Assembly: GCA_944349805.1 (NCBI GenBank)
Contig: CALVNP010000036.1
Location: forward strand, 28,843-92,842
Reading direction: 5' to 3'
From: an uncultured Clostridia bacterium
GTDB taxonomy: Bacteria; Bacillota; Clostridia; Christensenellales; UBA1242
DNA length: 64,000 bases
How positions within the stretch are numbered: the first letter of the stretch is position 1; the number at the start of each line of letters is the position of its first letter. This document shows, piece by piece, positions 10,587 through 18,792 of the stretch. A model generated the notes under the pieces. That model did no database searches, was not told the origin of the DNA, and worked only from the letters and a program-made list of their open reading frames with translations. The translations under genes and the position numbers were made by a program.

Positions 10587-10854
10587 ACTGTGCATTTTGC
10601 TTTGTCAAAAACAAATAAGCAACAATAATCCCCCTTGCTCCACCAAAGCTACCTTATGGCACATAAAAGATTTCGCTTAATGATGCTGTCTTCCGACCCT
10701 GACATATTTCACGAATTTTTATTGCATAAGACCTTGATTTCAACACAAGAAAAAATCACCATTAACTTACCTGTGTTTTGCCGAGGCAAACATTCAGTTC
10801 TGCATAAAGTGGATTGCAGATACAGGGAACCACTAACTCCCCACCTAGCACAGT
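10587..10854 (-). ncRNA. ffs: signal recognition particle RNA, long Bacillus type with Alu domain (scRNA/ffs)
   Basis: Minus strand reads ACUGUGCUAGGUGGGGAGUUAGUGGUUCCCUGUAUCUGCAAUCC, matching as I recall it the B. subtilis scRNA 5' Alu domain GUGCUAAGCGGGGAGGUAGCGGUGCCCUGUACCUGCAAUCC. Domain IV is 'GUCAGGGUCGGAAGACAGCAUCAUUAAGCGAAA' (compare GUCAGGUCCGGAAGGAAGCAGCA). The 5' ACUGUGC pairs with the 3' GCACAGU, which is followed by a U-run. About 268 nt. Confidence 0.8.
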
Positions 10855-10861
10855 CAAAGTT

Positions 10862-10889
10862 ATTATAACTAAAATTCAATAAATGTCAA
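10862..10889 (-). promoter_or_regulatory. consensus sigma-A promoter of the SRP RNA
   Basis: TTGACA (10884-10889), N16, TATAAT (10862-10867), then 7 nt to the first nucleotide of the terminal helix (10854). Confidence 0.6.
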
Positions 10890-10894
10890 TAGAT

Positions 10895-11557
10895 TTAACG
10901 CCAATCTATTGGTTTTTTACCAATTTTTTGTAAAATTTCATTAGTTTTTGAAAAATGTTTACAACCAAAAAATCCATTATAAGCAGAAAGTGGACTCGGG
11001 TGTGATGCTTTTAAAACATAATGAAAATTTGTATCAATCAAGCTTTCAAAAGCTTTCGCATTTGCTCCCCAAAGCAAAAATATAGTAGGGGTGTTTTTTT
11101 TGCTTATTAATTCAATAATTTTAGTAGTAAAATTTTCCCAACCCATATTTTTGTGAGAATTAGGACAATCTTTTCTCACAGTTAAAACAGAGTTTAAAAG
11201 CAAAACTCCTTGTTTTGCCCATCTAATTAAATTACCATCATTATAAGTTTGTACTTTCAAGTCATCTTCTATTTCTTTAAAGATGTTTTTTAATGATGGA
11301 GGAAATGCTGTTCCCTGTTCCACTGAAAAACTCAATCCGTGTGCTTGCCCGGGTTGATGATATGGGTCCTGCCCAATTATAACAACATTAACATCGTCAT
11401 ACTTACAATAATTCAAAGCATTAAAAATATTTTCAGCTTTAGGGTAAATAATATGATTATTGTATTCTTCTGTTAAAAATGCTTGTAATTTTTTAAAATA
11501 GGGCTTTTCAAATTCATCTTTTAAAAGATTATACCAATTGTTTGTAATCTTAAACAT
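10895..11557 (-). CDS. ung: uracil-DNA glycosylase (family 1)
   Basis: 220 aa. 'VVIIGQDPYHQPGQAHGLSFSV' and 'HPSPLSA' motifs. Confidence 0.92.
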   Translation of the reverse strand: MFKITNNWYNLLKDEFEKPYFKKLQAFLTEEYNNHIIYPKAENIFNALNYCKYDDVNVVIIGQDPYHQPGQAHGLSFSVEQGTAFPPSLKNIFKEIEDDLKVQTYNDGNLIRWAKQGVLLLNSVLTVRKDCPNSHKNMGWENFTTKIIELISKKNTPTIFLLWGANAKAFESLIDTNFHYVLKASHPSPLSAYNGFFGCKHFSKTNEILQKIGKKPIDWR

Positions 11558-11593
11558 ATGCTAATTATAACATATGTAATCATTTTTTTGCAA
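11558..11593 (-). promoter_or_regulatory. promoter abutting the ung start codon (predicted leaderless)
   Basis: TTGCAA (11588-11593), N18, TATAAT (11564-11569), N6, ATG (11555-11557). No SD. Confidence 0.45.
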
Positions 11594-11703
11594 TTTGTTT
11601 CCATTTATTTAAATAATTCATATAATTATTATTAATTTATAATAAAATGTTTGTATTTTTTAAAAAAACTTGATATCATATACATATCTAAAATGGAGAG
11701 ATT

Positions 11704-12087
11704 ATGAATATAAGTAATTTTGAACAAGCTTTTAAAAACTCAATTAATTTAATTCAGGTAACAGAAAACGAGTGGAAAATTAATTGTGGAGCTTCATTCA
11801 TCAATCATCAACCAATGGATATAAGGTTGATAAAAGTAAACGATAAGTGGTATTTTTCAGACAAAAAGCAAACTTTAAGATATATGAATGATTTATATGA
11901 ATTAAATTCTAATGATGTAAAATCTTGTATATCTAATGTATTAAAAATCTATGGATTTTCAATTCAATCTGGTTCTTTGATGGCAGAAATCCCATCATCA
12001 AGCGATATCTTAGACAAGTTCTTTGATTATATAATGTGCGTTGCACAACTTGCAAATATGTATGCATTTTTTGATGAACCAAAATAA
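11704..12087 (+). CDS. hypothetical protein (127 aa; possibly DUF1828-like)
   Basis: GGAG SD 6 nt upstream. No recognisable catalytic motif. The family guess is weak. Confidence 0.5.
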   Translation: MNISNFEQAFKNSINLIQVTENEWKINCGASFINHQPMDIRLIKVNDKWYFSDKKQTLRYMNDLYELNSNDVKSCISNVLKIYGFSIQSGSLMAEIPSSSDILDKFFDYIMCVAQLANMYAFFDEPK

Positions 12088-12105
12088 AAATTAAGCAGGT
12101 GCAAT

Positions 12106-12594
12106 ATGGAATATAGAAAAGATTATCTATCTTGGGATAATTATTTTATGGGCATTGCAAAATTATCTGCAATGCGAAGTAAGGACCCAAACACACAAGT
12201 GGGAGCGTGCATTGTTACACACGACAATAGAATTTTGTCAACCGGTTACAACGGCACACCAAATGGAATTGACGATAAGGAATTTAAGTGGGGACGAGAA
12301 GGTGCACCACTTGAAACGAAATACTTGTTTGTATGCCACGCAGAAATGAATGCAATTTTAAATTTCAGAGGAAATAAAAGAGAATTTGAAAATGCAAAGA
12401 TATATGTTGACCTTTTCCCCTGCAATGAATGTGCAAAGCTTATTATACAATCAGGAATAAAAGAAGTTATATATTTAAGTGATAAATATGCTGATTTAGA
12501 CTCATATAAGGCAAGCAAAATGCTTTTTGATTCTTGTGGGGTCAAGTATAGAAAGCTTGTTCCATCAGCAAAAAGTATTTTAATTAATTTATAA
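12106..12594 (+). CDS. deoxycytidylate (dCMP) deaminase, ComEB/Dcd-type
   Basis: 162 aa. Zinc motifs 'CHAEMNAI' and 'PCNECAKLIIQSGI'. Confidence 0.85.
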   Translation: MEYRKDYLSWDNYFMGIAKLSAMRSKDPNTQVGACIVTHDNRILSTGYNGTPNGIDDKEFKWGREGAPLETKYLFVCHAEMNAILNFRGNKREFENAKIYVDLFPCNECAKLIIQSGIKEVIYLSDKYADLDSYKASKMLFDSCGVKYRKLVPSAKSILINL

Positions 12595-12613
12595 AAAAAT
12601 TAACTCTAACTAT

Positions 12614-12644
12614 AAAAAAATACGGACAATGTCCGTATTTTTTA
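12614..12644. terminator. bidirectional rho-independent terminator
   Basis: A7, TACGGAC (12621-12627), AAT, GTCCGTA (12631-12637), T6. Lies between convergent genes. Confidence 0.65.
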
Positions 12645-14696
12645 AATTTTTTCTGCAACTTCCCAAGCTCTCCAAACAACAGTTCTTAAATTTCCAACCT
12701 TTAAAGCATCGCCCACAATGTGTACATTTTTACCAGCTTTTACAAGTGGTGCAGGATTGTACCCTATTGCAGATATAATCACATCTGCCTTCACCTTTGT
12801 TGTTTTGCCATCTTTACCAATAACCACAACATTTTTATCATTAATTTCTTGAACAAAGCTGTCCAAATATACAGGTGTTTTATTATGCTTAAAATAATCC
12901 CTTAAATAAGAAGAATTTGCCAAACATAGTCCTCTCACTGCCATTAAATCGTCCTTTGCTTCAACAATACTTACTTTTTTACCTTTTAAACATAGGTCAT
13001 AGGCAATTTCACAACCCGTCAATCCCCCACCTATAATTACAAAATTGTCACCTTCAATTTCTTTGTTATTCAAATAATCTATTGCATCAATTACTCTTTC
13101 AGAACCTTCCATTCTCAGTTTGCGTGGAGTTGACCCTGTTGCAATTACAATTTCATCTGCATTAAGTGTAGAAATATCTTTAATTTCTGTGTTATATTTA
13201 ACATCAATATTCAAATTTTTAATTTGTCTTTTATACCATTCAAGAAGCTTTCTATCTTGCTCTTTAAATTCCATATTTCCTGCTGGAACAAAAACACCAC
13301 CAAGTTTATCCGTCTTTTCATATATTGTTACTTTATGACCTCTAAGTGTTGCTATTCTTGCAGTCTCCATTCCACCTACGCCACCTCCAATTATAGCAAC
13401 ATTCTTTATTTTTTTAGCAGGTTTAATGTCGAATTTTCCCCCATCCATCGTCATAGGATTTAATGCACACCTAGACATATGTTTGGAATCTTCCATTGGT
13501 TGATCATTTGAAACACCTTTGTAGTGTGCCATTGTTAAGCAAGCATTATGACAATATATACAAGGTTGTATATCTTCCAACCTATCTTCCATTAATTTTG
13601 TGACCCAATGACTATCAGTTAAAAATTGTCTAGCAACACCCATAGCATCAATTTTACCATCTTTAATTGCTTTTGAGGCAACACTAGGTTCCATTTTCCC
13701 AGCACAAACAACAGGAATATCCACAAATTTTTTAATATGAGCAACATCATCTAAATTACAATTTTTAGGCATATATAGAGGTGGATGAGCCCAATACCAA
13801 GCATCGTAAGTTCCATTATCAGCATTTAACATATCATAACCAGCATCTTGAAGATACTTGACAGCCTTTTCGCTTTCTTCCATATCTCTGCCAATTTCTT
13901 TATACTTTTCTCCTGGTAATGCCCCTTCACAAAAGTCTATTGTTTTACTAACAACGGAATACCTTAAACTAACAGGATAATCATCGCCACATTCTTTTTT
14001 TATAGCCTTTACAACATCAACTGCAAATCTATATCTATTTTCAAAGCTTCCACCATATTCATCAGTTCTTTGATTTGTATATTTTAGTGTGAATTGATCC
14101 AATAAATATCCTTCGTGCACAGCGTGTATTTCCACGCCATCAACTCCAGCATCTTTGCAGAGTTTTGAAGTTTTTGCAAAAGCTTCTATCATATCTTGAA
14201 TTTCTTTTTTAGTAATTGCTCTGCATTTATAACCATCAAACCATCTTGATGGGAGCTCACTTGGTGAAGCACAAAGTCTTGAAATATCAATAACGGGTTT
14301 TAATAATGTTGATAAAAACTTGCTTTTCACAAATGGTTTTAAAGAATTTGGAATTGAAAAAGACCTTCCAAATCCTGCTGTCAGCTGAATAAAGAGTTTT
14401 GCCCCTGTTTTATGAATTTCATCCATAAATACTTTTAACTTTTTAAAAGTTCTTTTGCTTTTGTAAAGCCATTGATTTCCAATTAGATTTCTAAGTGGAG
14501 CAATACCGGGAATTATAAGTCCAACATTATTCTTAGCAAGATCAAGAAAAAAATCGCAAGCATCTTTATCTAAATGATGTGGTTCCATCCAACCAAAAAC
14601 AGATGTTCCCCCCATTGGACATAGAACAATTCTGTTTTTAATTTCGCAATTACCTATTTTCCAAGGTGTAAACAAACTTTCATATTCTTTTTTCAT
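12642..14696 (-). CDS. Old-Yellow-Enzyme-family flavin oxidoreductase fused to an FAD/NAD(P)-binding domain (2-enoate reductase / 2,4-dienoyl-CoA reductase-like)
   Basis: 684 aa. N-terminal OYE TIM barrel ('GVEIHAVHGYLLDQF'-like: 'GVDGVEIHAVHEGYLLDQF'), Cys cluster 'CIYCHNAC...C', then 'VAIIGGGVGGME' and 'FVIIGGGLTGCE' dinucleotide folds. Confidence 0.8.
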   Translation of the reverse strand: MKKEYESLFTPWKIGNCEIKNRIVLCPMGGTSVFGWMEPHHLDKDACDFFLDLAKNNVGLIIPGIAPLRNLIGNQWLYKSKRTFKKLKVFMDEIHKTGAKLFIQLTAGFGRSFSIPNSLKPFVKSKFLSTLLKPVIDISRLCASPSELPSRWFDGYKCRAITKKEIQDMIEAFAKTSKLCKDAGVDGVEIHAVHEGYLLDQFTLKYTNQRTDEYGGSFENRYRFAVDVVKAIKKECGDDYPVSLRYSVVSKTIDFCEGALPGEKYKEIGRDMEESEKAVKYLQDAGYDMLNADNGTYDAWYWAHPPLYMPKNCNLDDVAHIKKFVDIPVVCAGKMEPSVASKAIKDGKIDAMGVARQFLTDSHWVTKLMEDRLEDIQPCIYCHNACLTMAHYKGVSNDQPMEDSKHMSRCALNPMTMDGGKFDIKPAKKIKNVAIIGGGVGGMETARIATLRGHKVTIYEKTDKLGGVFVPAGNMEFKEQDRKLLEWYKRQIKNLNIDVKYNTEIKDISTLNADEIVIATGSTPRKLRMEGSERVIDAIDYLNNKEIEGDNFVIIGGGLTGCEIAYDLCLKGKKVSIVEAKDDLMAVRGLCLANSSYLRDYFKHNKTPVYLDSFVQEINDKNVVVIGKDGKTTKVKADVIISAIGYNPAPLVKAGKNVHIVGDALKVGNLRTVVWRAWEVAEKI

Positions 14697-14787
14697 AACT
14701 TCTCCTTAGATAAAATTTTATAAAAAACAATATAAAAAAGTCAAACAAATTAAATATAAATAAAGTTGTTAAAAAACTTTATTTGTT

Positions 14788-14821
14788 TTGCAACAATTTA
14801 AATATGTGATATACTAAAAAT
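14788..14821 (+). promoter_or_regulatory. promoter abutting the start codon (predicted leaderless)
   Basis: TTGCAA (14788-14793), N16 ending in TGA, TATACT (14810-14815), N6, ATG (14822). No SD. Confidence 0.45.
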
Positions 14822-15505
14822 ATGGAAAATAAAATTAATTTAAACACATTAAAAAAAGTTTTGTTAATAATATCATTGAGTGCAGTTGGAATTGCTTGTG
14901 TTATGCTTATTTTGGCAATTTTTAAAGTTAAAATTTTTGAAGGCATACCACTAAGATTATTGCTTATATTTTGCACACTAGCTTTGGGAAGTGCTGTATC
15001 AATTAACGAAATAAGCATAATTAAACAAAAAAAAGTATTAGGAAGTGTAAGTTTATCCTTTTTATTGCTTTCAGTATTGTTTGCATTAATAATATTTTGT
15101 AGTCCTATTTTTGAAGAAGAAAATTTCTTTAACAGACTAACAGGTATTTTTTCCTTGTTTAGCATATTTTTTATGATGATAATATCACTTAACACCAAAT
15201 TAGATAGAAAATATATAGTAATCCAAATTATATGTTACGTTGCATTATGTTTTGTTGATGGAATATTGTCCATATTAATTGGTGGATATGATATATTTAG
15301 TGTTACATCAATAACAGAAATATTTTGGATTTTGGTGGTTGTGTCAGTTGGATTATTAATCACATTATCTGTGTTAAGTACAAAAAGGTTAACAGAAAGC
15401 GATAGCAAAAACAAAGAGACAATAACAATAAGCAAAGTTGAATATGAAGCACTAAAAAAAGAAAACAAAGAATTAAAAGAAGAAATATCAAAATTAAAAA
15501 AATAA
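14822..15505 (+). CDS. polytopic membrane protein with a C-terminal coiled-coil tail
   Basis: 227 aa with about 6 hydrophobic helices. C-terminus 'KVEYEALKKENKELKEEISKLKK'. Followed by a clean terminator. The antisense ORFs 14779-15198 and 15235-15516 were rejected. Confidence 0.6.
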   Translation: MENKINLNTLKKVLLIISLSAVGIACVMLILAIFKVKIFEGIPLRLLLIFCTLALGSAVSINEISIIKQKKVLGSVSLSFLLLSVLFALIIFCSPIFEEENFFNRLTGIFSLFSIFFMMIISLNTKLDRKYIVIQIICYVALCFVDGILSILIGGYDIFSVTSITEIFWILVVVSVGLLITLSVLSTKRLTESDSKNKETITISKVEYEALKKENKELKEEISKLKK

Positions 15506-15537
15506 AAAGCAGACATAAAAACTGCTTTTTATTTTTT
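15505..15537 (+). terminator. rho-independent terminator
   Basis: AAAAGCAG (15505-15512), 9-nt loop, CTGCTTTT (15522-15529), T-rich tail. Confidence 0.6.
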
Positions 15538-15613
15538 GGTGCGTCCATAGGGATTCGAACCCCAGACCTTTGGTTCCGTAGACCAACGCTCTATCCAGCT
15601 GAGCTATGAACGC
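15537..15613 (-). tRNA. tRNA-Arg (anticodon ACG), CCA encoded
   Basis: Minus strand GCGTTCATAGCTCAGCTGGATAGAGCGTTGGTCTACGGAACCAAAGGTCTGGGGTTCGAATCCCTATGGACGCACCA. Shows a 7-bp acceptor stem, a D arm, anticodon loop CUACGGA, and a T arm GGGGTTCGAATCCC. Confidence 0.92.
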
Positions 15614-15830
15614 ATATTATTAAGTTGTAATTTGCCTTTCCATTCCGTTAGGAACCAAAGGTCTTATTGGGGCCCCCGAAAAACTTGTTTTTAGGGGAAG
15701 CGAGACTTTGTGTTTTTGTGCGTTCGCTTTGCTTCCAGCAAAGCAAAATTCCGTAAATATCATTGTTAAATCAATTTTATAAATGTTTATTTAATGTGTA
15801 TTTTAACCACAAAATGACAAATAACCCAAC
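15614..15830 (-). other. GC-enriched structured 5' leader of the tRNA-Arg precursor (or an unassigned small RNA)
   Basis: Lies between a consensus promoter and the tRNA. Contains several stable hairpins and an 18-nt stretch complementary to the tRNA body (see findings). Confidence 0.35.
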
Positions 15831-15836
15831 ATAAAC

Positions 15837-15865
15837 ATTTTAACACAGCTAAAAAGCTGTGTCAA
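15837..15865 (-). promoter_or_regulatory. consensus-like sigma-A promoter upstream of the tRNA-Arg leader
   Basis: TTGACA (15860-15865), N17 ending in TGT, TAAAAT (15837-15842). The spacer is itself an 8-bp palindrome ACACAGCT-TTTT-AGCTGTGT that could also terminate the upstream gene. Confidence 0.5.
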
Positions 15866-15870
15866 TAGTT

Positions 15871-16494
15871 TTATATTGTAGTTTGTTCTAATCCAATATT
15901 TATTATAATATTTTGTGGACAATTAAAGCTTTCATCATTTCTTTCTAAGGTATAATAAATATTAATTGTTTTTGTTTCCCCAAAGCCAACTAAAAATTCA
16001 GCATCTGCTCCACCCGTCTTATTTCCCATAACAAGCTCTTTTGCTCCATCTCCTATTTGAGTTTCAGCAATAAATCTTGGATTGCTATGTAACTGATCAT
16101 CTTTACTATCTGAAGCTATATCAAAAAATGAAATTGATAAAATATTATTAGGATCTTCTGAGGTGTTTGTAAACTCAAATGACATACGCACAACATTTTC
16201 TTCTGGTAAAACCTTATTAAAATTAATATCTGGTGCATTCCAAATATTAGAAGGAAAAATATTTCCATCTTTATCTATTGATATGGTTATTGATGGATCC
16301 TTCCCCCCTGTGGTATCACCCAATGCCCAACTAGCTTCACAGACAACACTGAAGTTAATATCGTTTTCTGGACGGAAAGTAATTGAATTTGTTATTCCAT
16401 ATTCAGGAGAAATTGCCACTATAACACCAAATGTAATAACTGAAATCACAATTAAAGCAACTATAATTGAAGAAATCAACTTGAATTTTTTCAT
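15871..16494 (-). CDS. membrane-anchored/secreted beta-rich hypothetical protein
   Basis: 207 aa. N-terminal anchor 'LISSIIVALIVISVITFGVIVAI'. The rest is hydrophilic and Asn/Asp/Ser-rich. AAGGAG lies upstream at an atypically long spacing of about 14 nt. Confidence 0.6.
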   Translation of the reverse strand: MKKFKLISSIIVALIVISVITFGVIVAISPEYGITNSITFRPENDINFSVVCEASWALGDTTGGKDPSITISIDKDGNIFPSNIWNAPDINFNKVLPEENVVRMSFEFTNTSEDPNNILSISFFDIASDSKDDQLHSNPRFIAETQIGDGAKELVMGNKTGGADAEFLVGFGETKTINIYYTLERNDESFNCPQNIIINIGLEQTTI

Positions 16495-16566
16495 AATTAC
16501 TACAAAGTCTCCTTTTTGATATTATATACTTTTAAAAGAAAAATACAAAACATATTTTACAAATTT

Positions 16567-17388
16567 TTATGAATTTAACAACAAAATATTTTTTAATAAC
16601 ATTGCAACTGTCATTTGCCCAACGCCACCGGGAACGGGAGTGATTAAATGCGTTTTTTTCTTCACATTTTCAAAATCCACATCTCCACATAATTTTCCAT
16701 CAACTCTATTTATTCCAACATCTATTACAACTGAATGTTTTTTCACATATTTTTTTGTAATGTATTTTGCTTTCCCAATTGCAACAACAAGGATATCTGC
16801 TTTTTTAGTTATTTTTTTTAATTTTTCCGTTTTAGAATGACAAAGCGTTACTGTGGCATTGTTCCTTGTAAGAAGCATTTGTGTTGGCAATCCAACCAAA
16901 GCGCTCCTCCCCACAACAACAACTTTTTTCCCTTGAATTGCAATATTTGATTGTTTTAAGATTTCAATAACTGCACTTGCTGTACAAGGTGCAAAATCCG
17001 AAATCCCCAATGCTAATCTGCCAAAATTTTCTTGAGTTAAGCAGTCAACATCCTTTTTTGCTGAAATAGTATCTAAAATTTCTCTTTCATTTAAGTGATT
17101 TGGAATTGGAAGTTGTACCAAAATTCCTGAAATTTCAATTTTTTTATTTAGTTCTTTAATTTTTTTTATAACATCATTTTGTTTACAATTTTCTGAAAAT
17201 CTAATCAATTCAAAATCTATTCCCACATCTTTACAAGATTTTTCTTTATTGCGCACATAAACTTCGCTTGCAGGGTTATTACCAATCAATATAACAGCAA
17301 GTGTAAGTTTTTTATTTAATTTTTTAACACTTTCAGCAACTTGACTTTTAATGTTTAATGCAAGTGCCTTTCCATCAAAAATTATCAT
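16567..17388 (-). CDS. folD: bifunctional methylene-THF dehydrogenase / methenyl-THF cyclohydrolase
   Basis: 273 aa. 'GILVQLPIP', 'VVVVGRSALVGLP', 'TPVPGGVGQMTVAML'. Confidence 0.92.
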   Translation of the reverse strand: MIIFDGKALALNIKSQVAESVKKLNKKLTLAVILIGNNPASEVYVRNKEKSCKDVGIDFELIRFSENCKQNDVIKKIKELNKKIEISGILVQLPIPNHLNEREILDTISAKKDVDCLTQENFGRLALGISDFAPCTASAVIEILKQSNIAIQGKKVVVVGRSALVGLPTQMLLTRNNATVTLCHSKTEKLKKITKKADILVVAIGKAKYITKKYVKKHSVVIDVGINRVDGKLCGDVDFENVKKKTHLITPVPGGVGQMTVAMLLKNILLLNS

Positions 17389-17423
17389 AATAATATGATA
17401 ACAAAAAACAAAAGTTTTAGCAA
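17389..17423 (-). promoter_or_regulatory. promoter abutting the folD start codon (predicted leaderless)
   Basis: TTGCTA (17418-17423), N17 ending in TGT, TATCAT (17395-17400), N6, ATG (17386-17388). No SD. Confidence 0.45.
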
Positions 17424-17486
17424 ATAAAATAATTTGCTTTGAAAAATATTTGATAAGCTTTATAATGAATGAAATGGAGGTGCATT

Positions 17487-18716
17487 ATGAACATAAACAA
17501 ACAACCTTTAAAAGATGTAGATTACGATGTATATAAATATATTGAAAAAGAAAAATGCAGACAAAATGAACAAATTGAACTTATTGCAAGTGAAAATTTT
17601 GTTTCGAATGCTGTTTTAGAAGCAATGGGAAGTTGTTTTACAAACAAATATGCCGAAGGATATCCTGGAGCAAGATATTATAACGGGTGTGAAAATATAG
17701 ATGAAGTTGAAAAGTTGGCAATTGACAGAGCAAAAAAACTTTTCGGAGCTGAACACGCAAATGTTCAACCACACTCAGGTTCAAACGCAAATCTTGCAGT
17801 CTTTCTTGCTTGTATGCAACCTGGAGACACTTTTATGGGTATGAGTTTAACAGCTGGAGGACATCTTTCACACGGTGCACCGTTCAACATTTCTGGCAAA
17901 TTTTTTCATTGTGTACCATATGGCTTAAATCCAGAAACAGAACTTTTGGACTATGATGAAATTGAAAAGCTAGCTTTAGAACACAAACCAAAATTAATTG
18001 TCGCAGGTGGAAGTGCTTATTCTAGAATTATTGACTTTAAAAAGTTTAGAGAAATTGCCAATAAAGTTGGAGCTTATTTAATGGTCGATATGGCACATAT
18101 TGCTGGTCTAGTTGCAACGGGGCTTCATCCTTCCCCCGTCCCATATGCCGATTTTGTAACCACAACAACACATAAAACATTAAGGGGTCCAAGGGGTGGA
18201 ATGATACTTTGTAAAGAAGAATATGCAAAAATGATAGACAAAGCTGTTTTCCCCTGTTTACAAGGTGGTCCACTTGAACACATAATTGCTGGAAAAGCTG
18301 TTATGCTAAAAGAAGCAGAAACTCAAGAGTTTAAAGACTATCAAAAACAAGTTGTTAAAAATGCAAGGGTCTTAGGAGAAGAACTTTTGAAATATGGTTT
18401 TAAATTGGTGTCTGGGGGAACTGATAACCACTTGCTTTTAGTTGATTTAACACCATTCAATACAAATGGTAGAGATGTTGCAAATTTGCTTCATAAAGCA
18501 AACATAACTTGTAATAAAAATGGAATCCCAAATGAGAAACAACCACTTAGTATTACAAGTGGGATTCGTCTTGGGACACCTGCCGTGACAACTCGTGGTA
18601 TGAAAGAAAATGAAATGAAAAAAATTGCAAGGTTTATATATGAGATTGTTGCAAATGGCGAAAATGCCGTAGAAAAAATTAAACAAGAAGTGATAACATT
18701 AACAAAACAATTTTAA
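17487..18716 (+). CDS. glyA: serine hydroxymethyltransferase
   Basis: 'ELIASENF', 'NKYAEGYPG', PLP-lysine motif '[13 protein letters not shown]'. Start set at MNINK (17487) because GGAGGTG sits 5 nt upstream. The track start at 17469 would place that SD inside the gene. Confidence 0.93.
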   Translation: MNINKQPLKDVDYDVYKYIEKEKCRQNEQIELIASENFVSNAVLEAMGSCFTNKYAEGYPGARYYNGCENIDEVEKLAIDRAKKLFGAEHANVQPHSGSNANLAVFLACMQPGDTFMGMSLTAGGHLSHGAPFNISGKFFHCVPYGLNPETELLDYDEIEKLALEHKPKLIVAGGSAYSRIIDFKKFREIANKVGAYLMVDMAHIAGLVATGLHPSPVPYADFVTTTTHKTLRGPRGGMILCKEEYAKMIDKAVFPCLQGGPLEHIIAGKAVMLKEAETQEFKDYQKQVVKNARVLGEELLKYGFKLVSGGTDNHLLLVDLTPFNTNGRDVANLLHKANITCNKNGIPNEKQPLSITSGIRLGTPAVTTRGMKENEMKKIARFIYEIVANGENAVEKIKQEVITLTKQF

Positions 18717-18749
18717 TTTAATTTATTTTGACAAAATGTTTAAATCAAA

Positions 18750-18792
18750 AAAAAGAGATTATCGAACTGATAATCTCTTTTTATTATTTTTT
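18750..18792. terminator. bidirectional rho-independent terminator (glyA / giant-gene operon)
   Basis: A-run, AGAGATTATC (18754-18763), loop, GATAATCTCT (18769-18778), T-rich tail. Confidence 0.65.

Noticed and set aside
10635-10868. 77-aa plus-strand ORF between the CBS-domain gene and ung
   Set aside because: It lies antisense across the SRP RNA gene, has no SD, and the region is fully explained by the RNA.
14779-15548. Minus-strand ORFs 14779-15198, 15235-15516 and 15360-15548, antisense to the membrane-protein gene
   Set aside because: They are antisense shadows of a hydrophobic protein gene with no translation signals. The plus-strand gene has a promoter and a terminator.
15537-15700. 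tRNA-Arg plus an adjacent partial tRNA copy as the attachment site of an integrated element or genomic island carrying the giant genes
   Set aside because: The partial copy is inverted, not direct. No integrase, recombinase or phage genes occur anywhere in the window. The housekeeping genes folD and glyA lie between the tRNA and the giant genes. It is kept only as an RNA-structure or scar observation.
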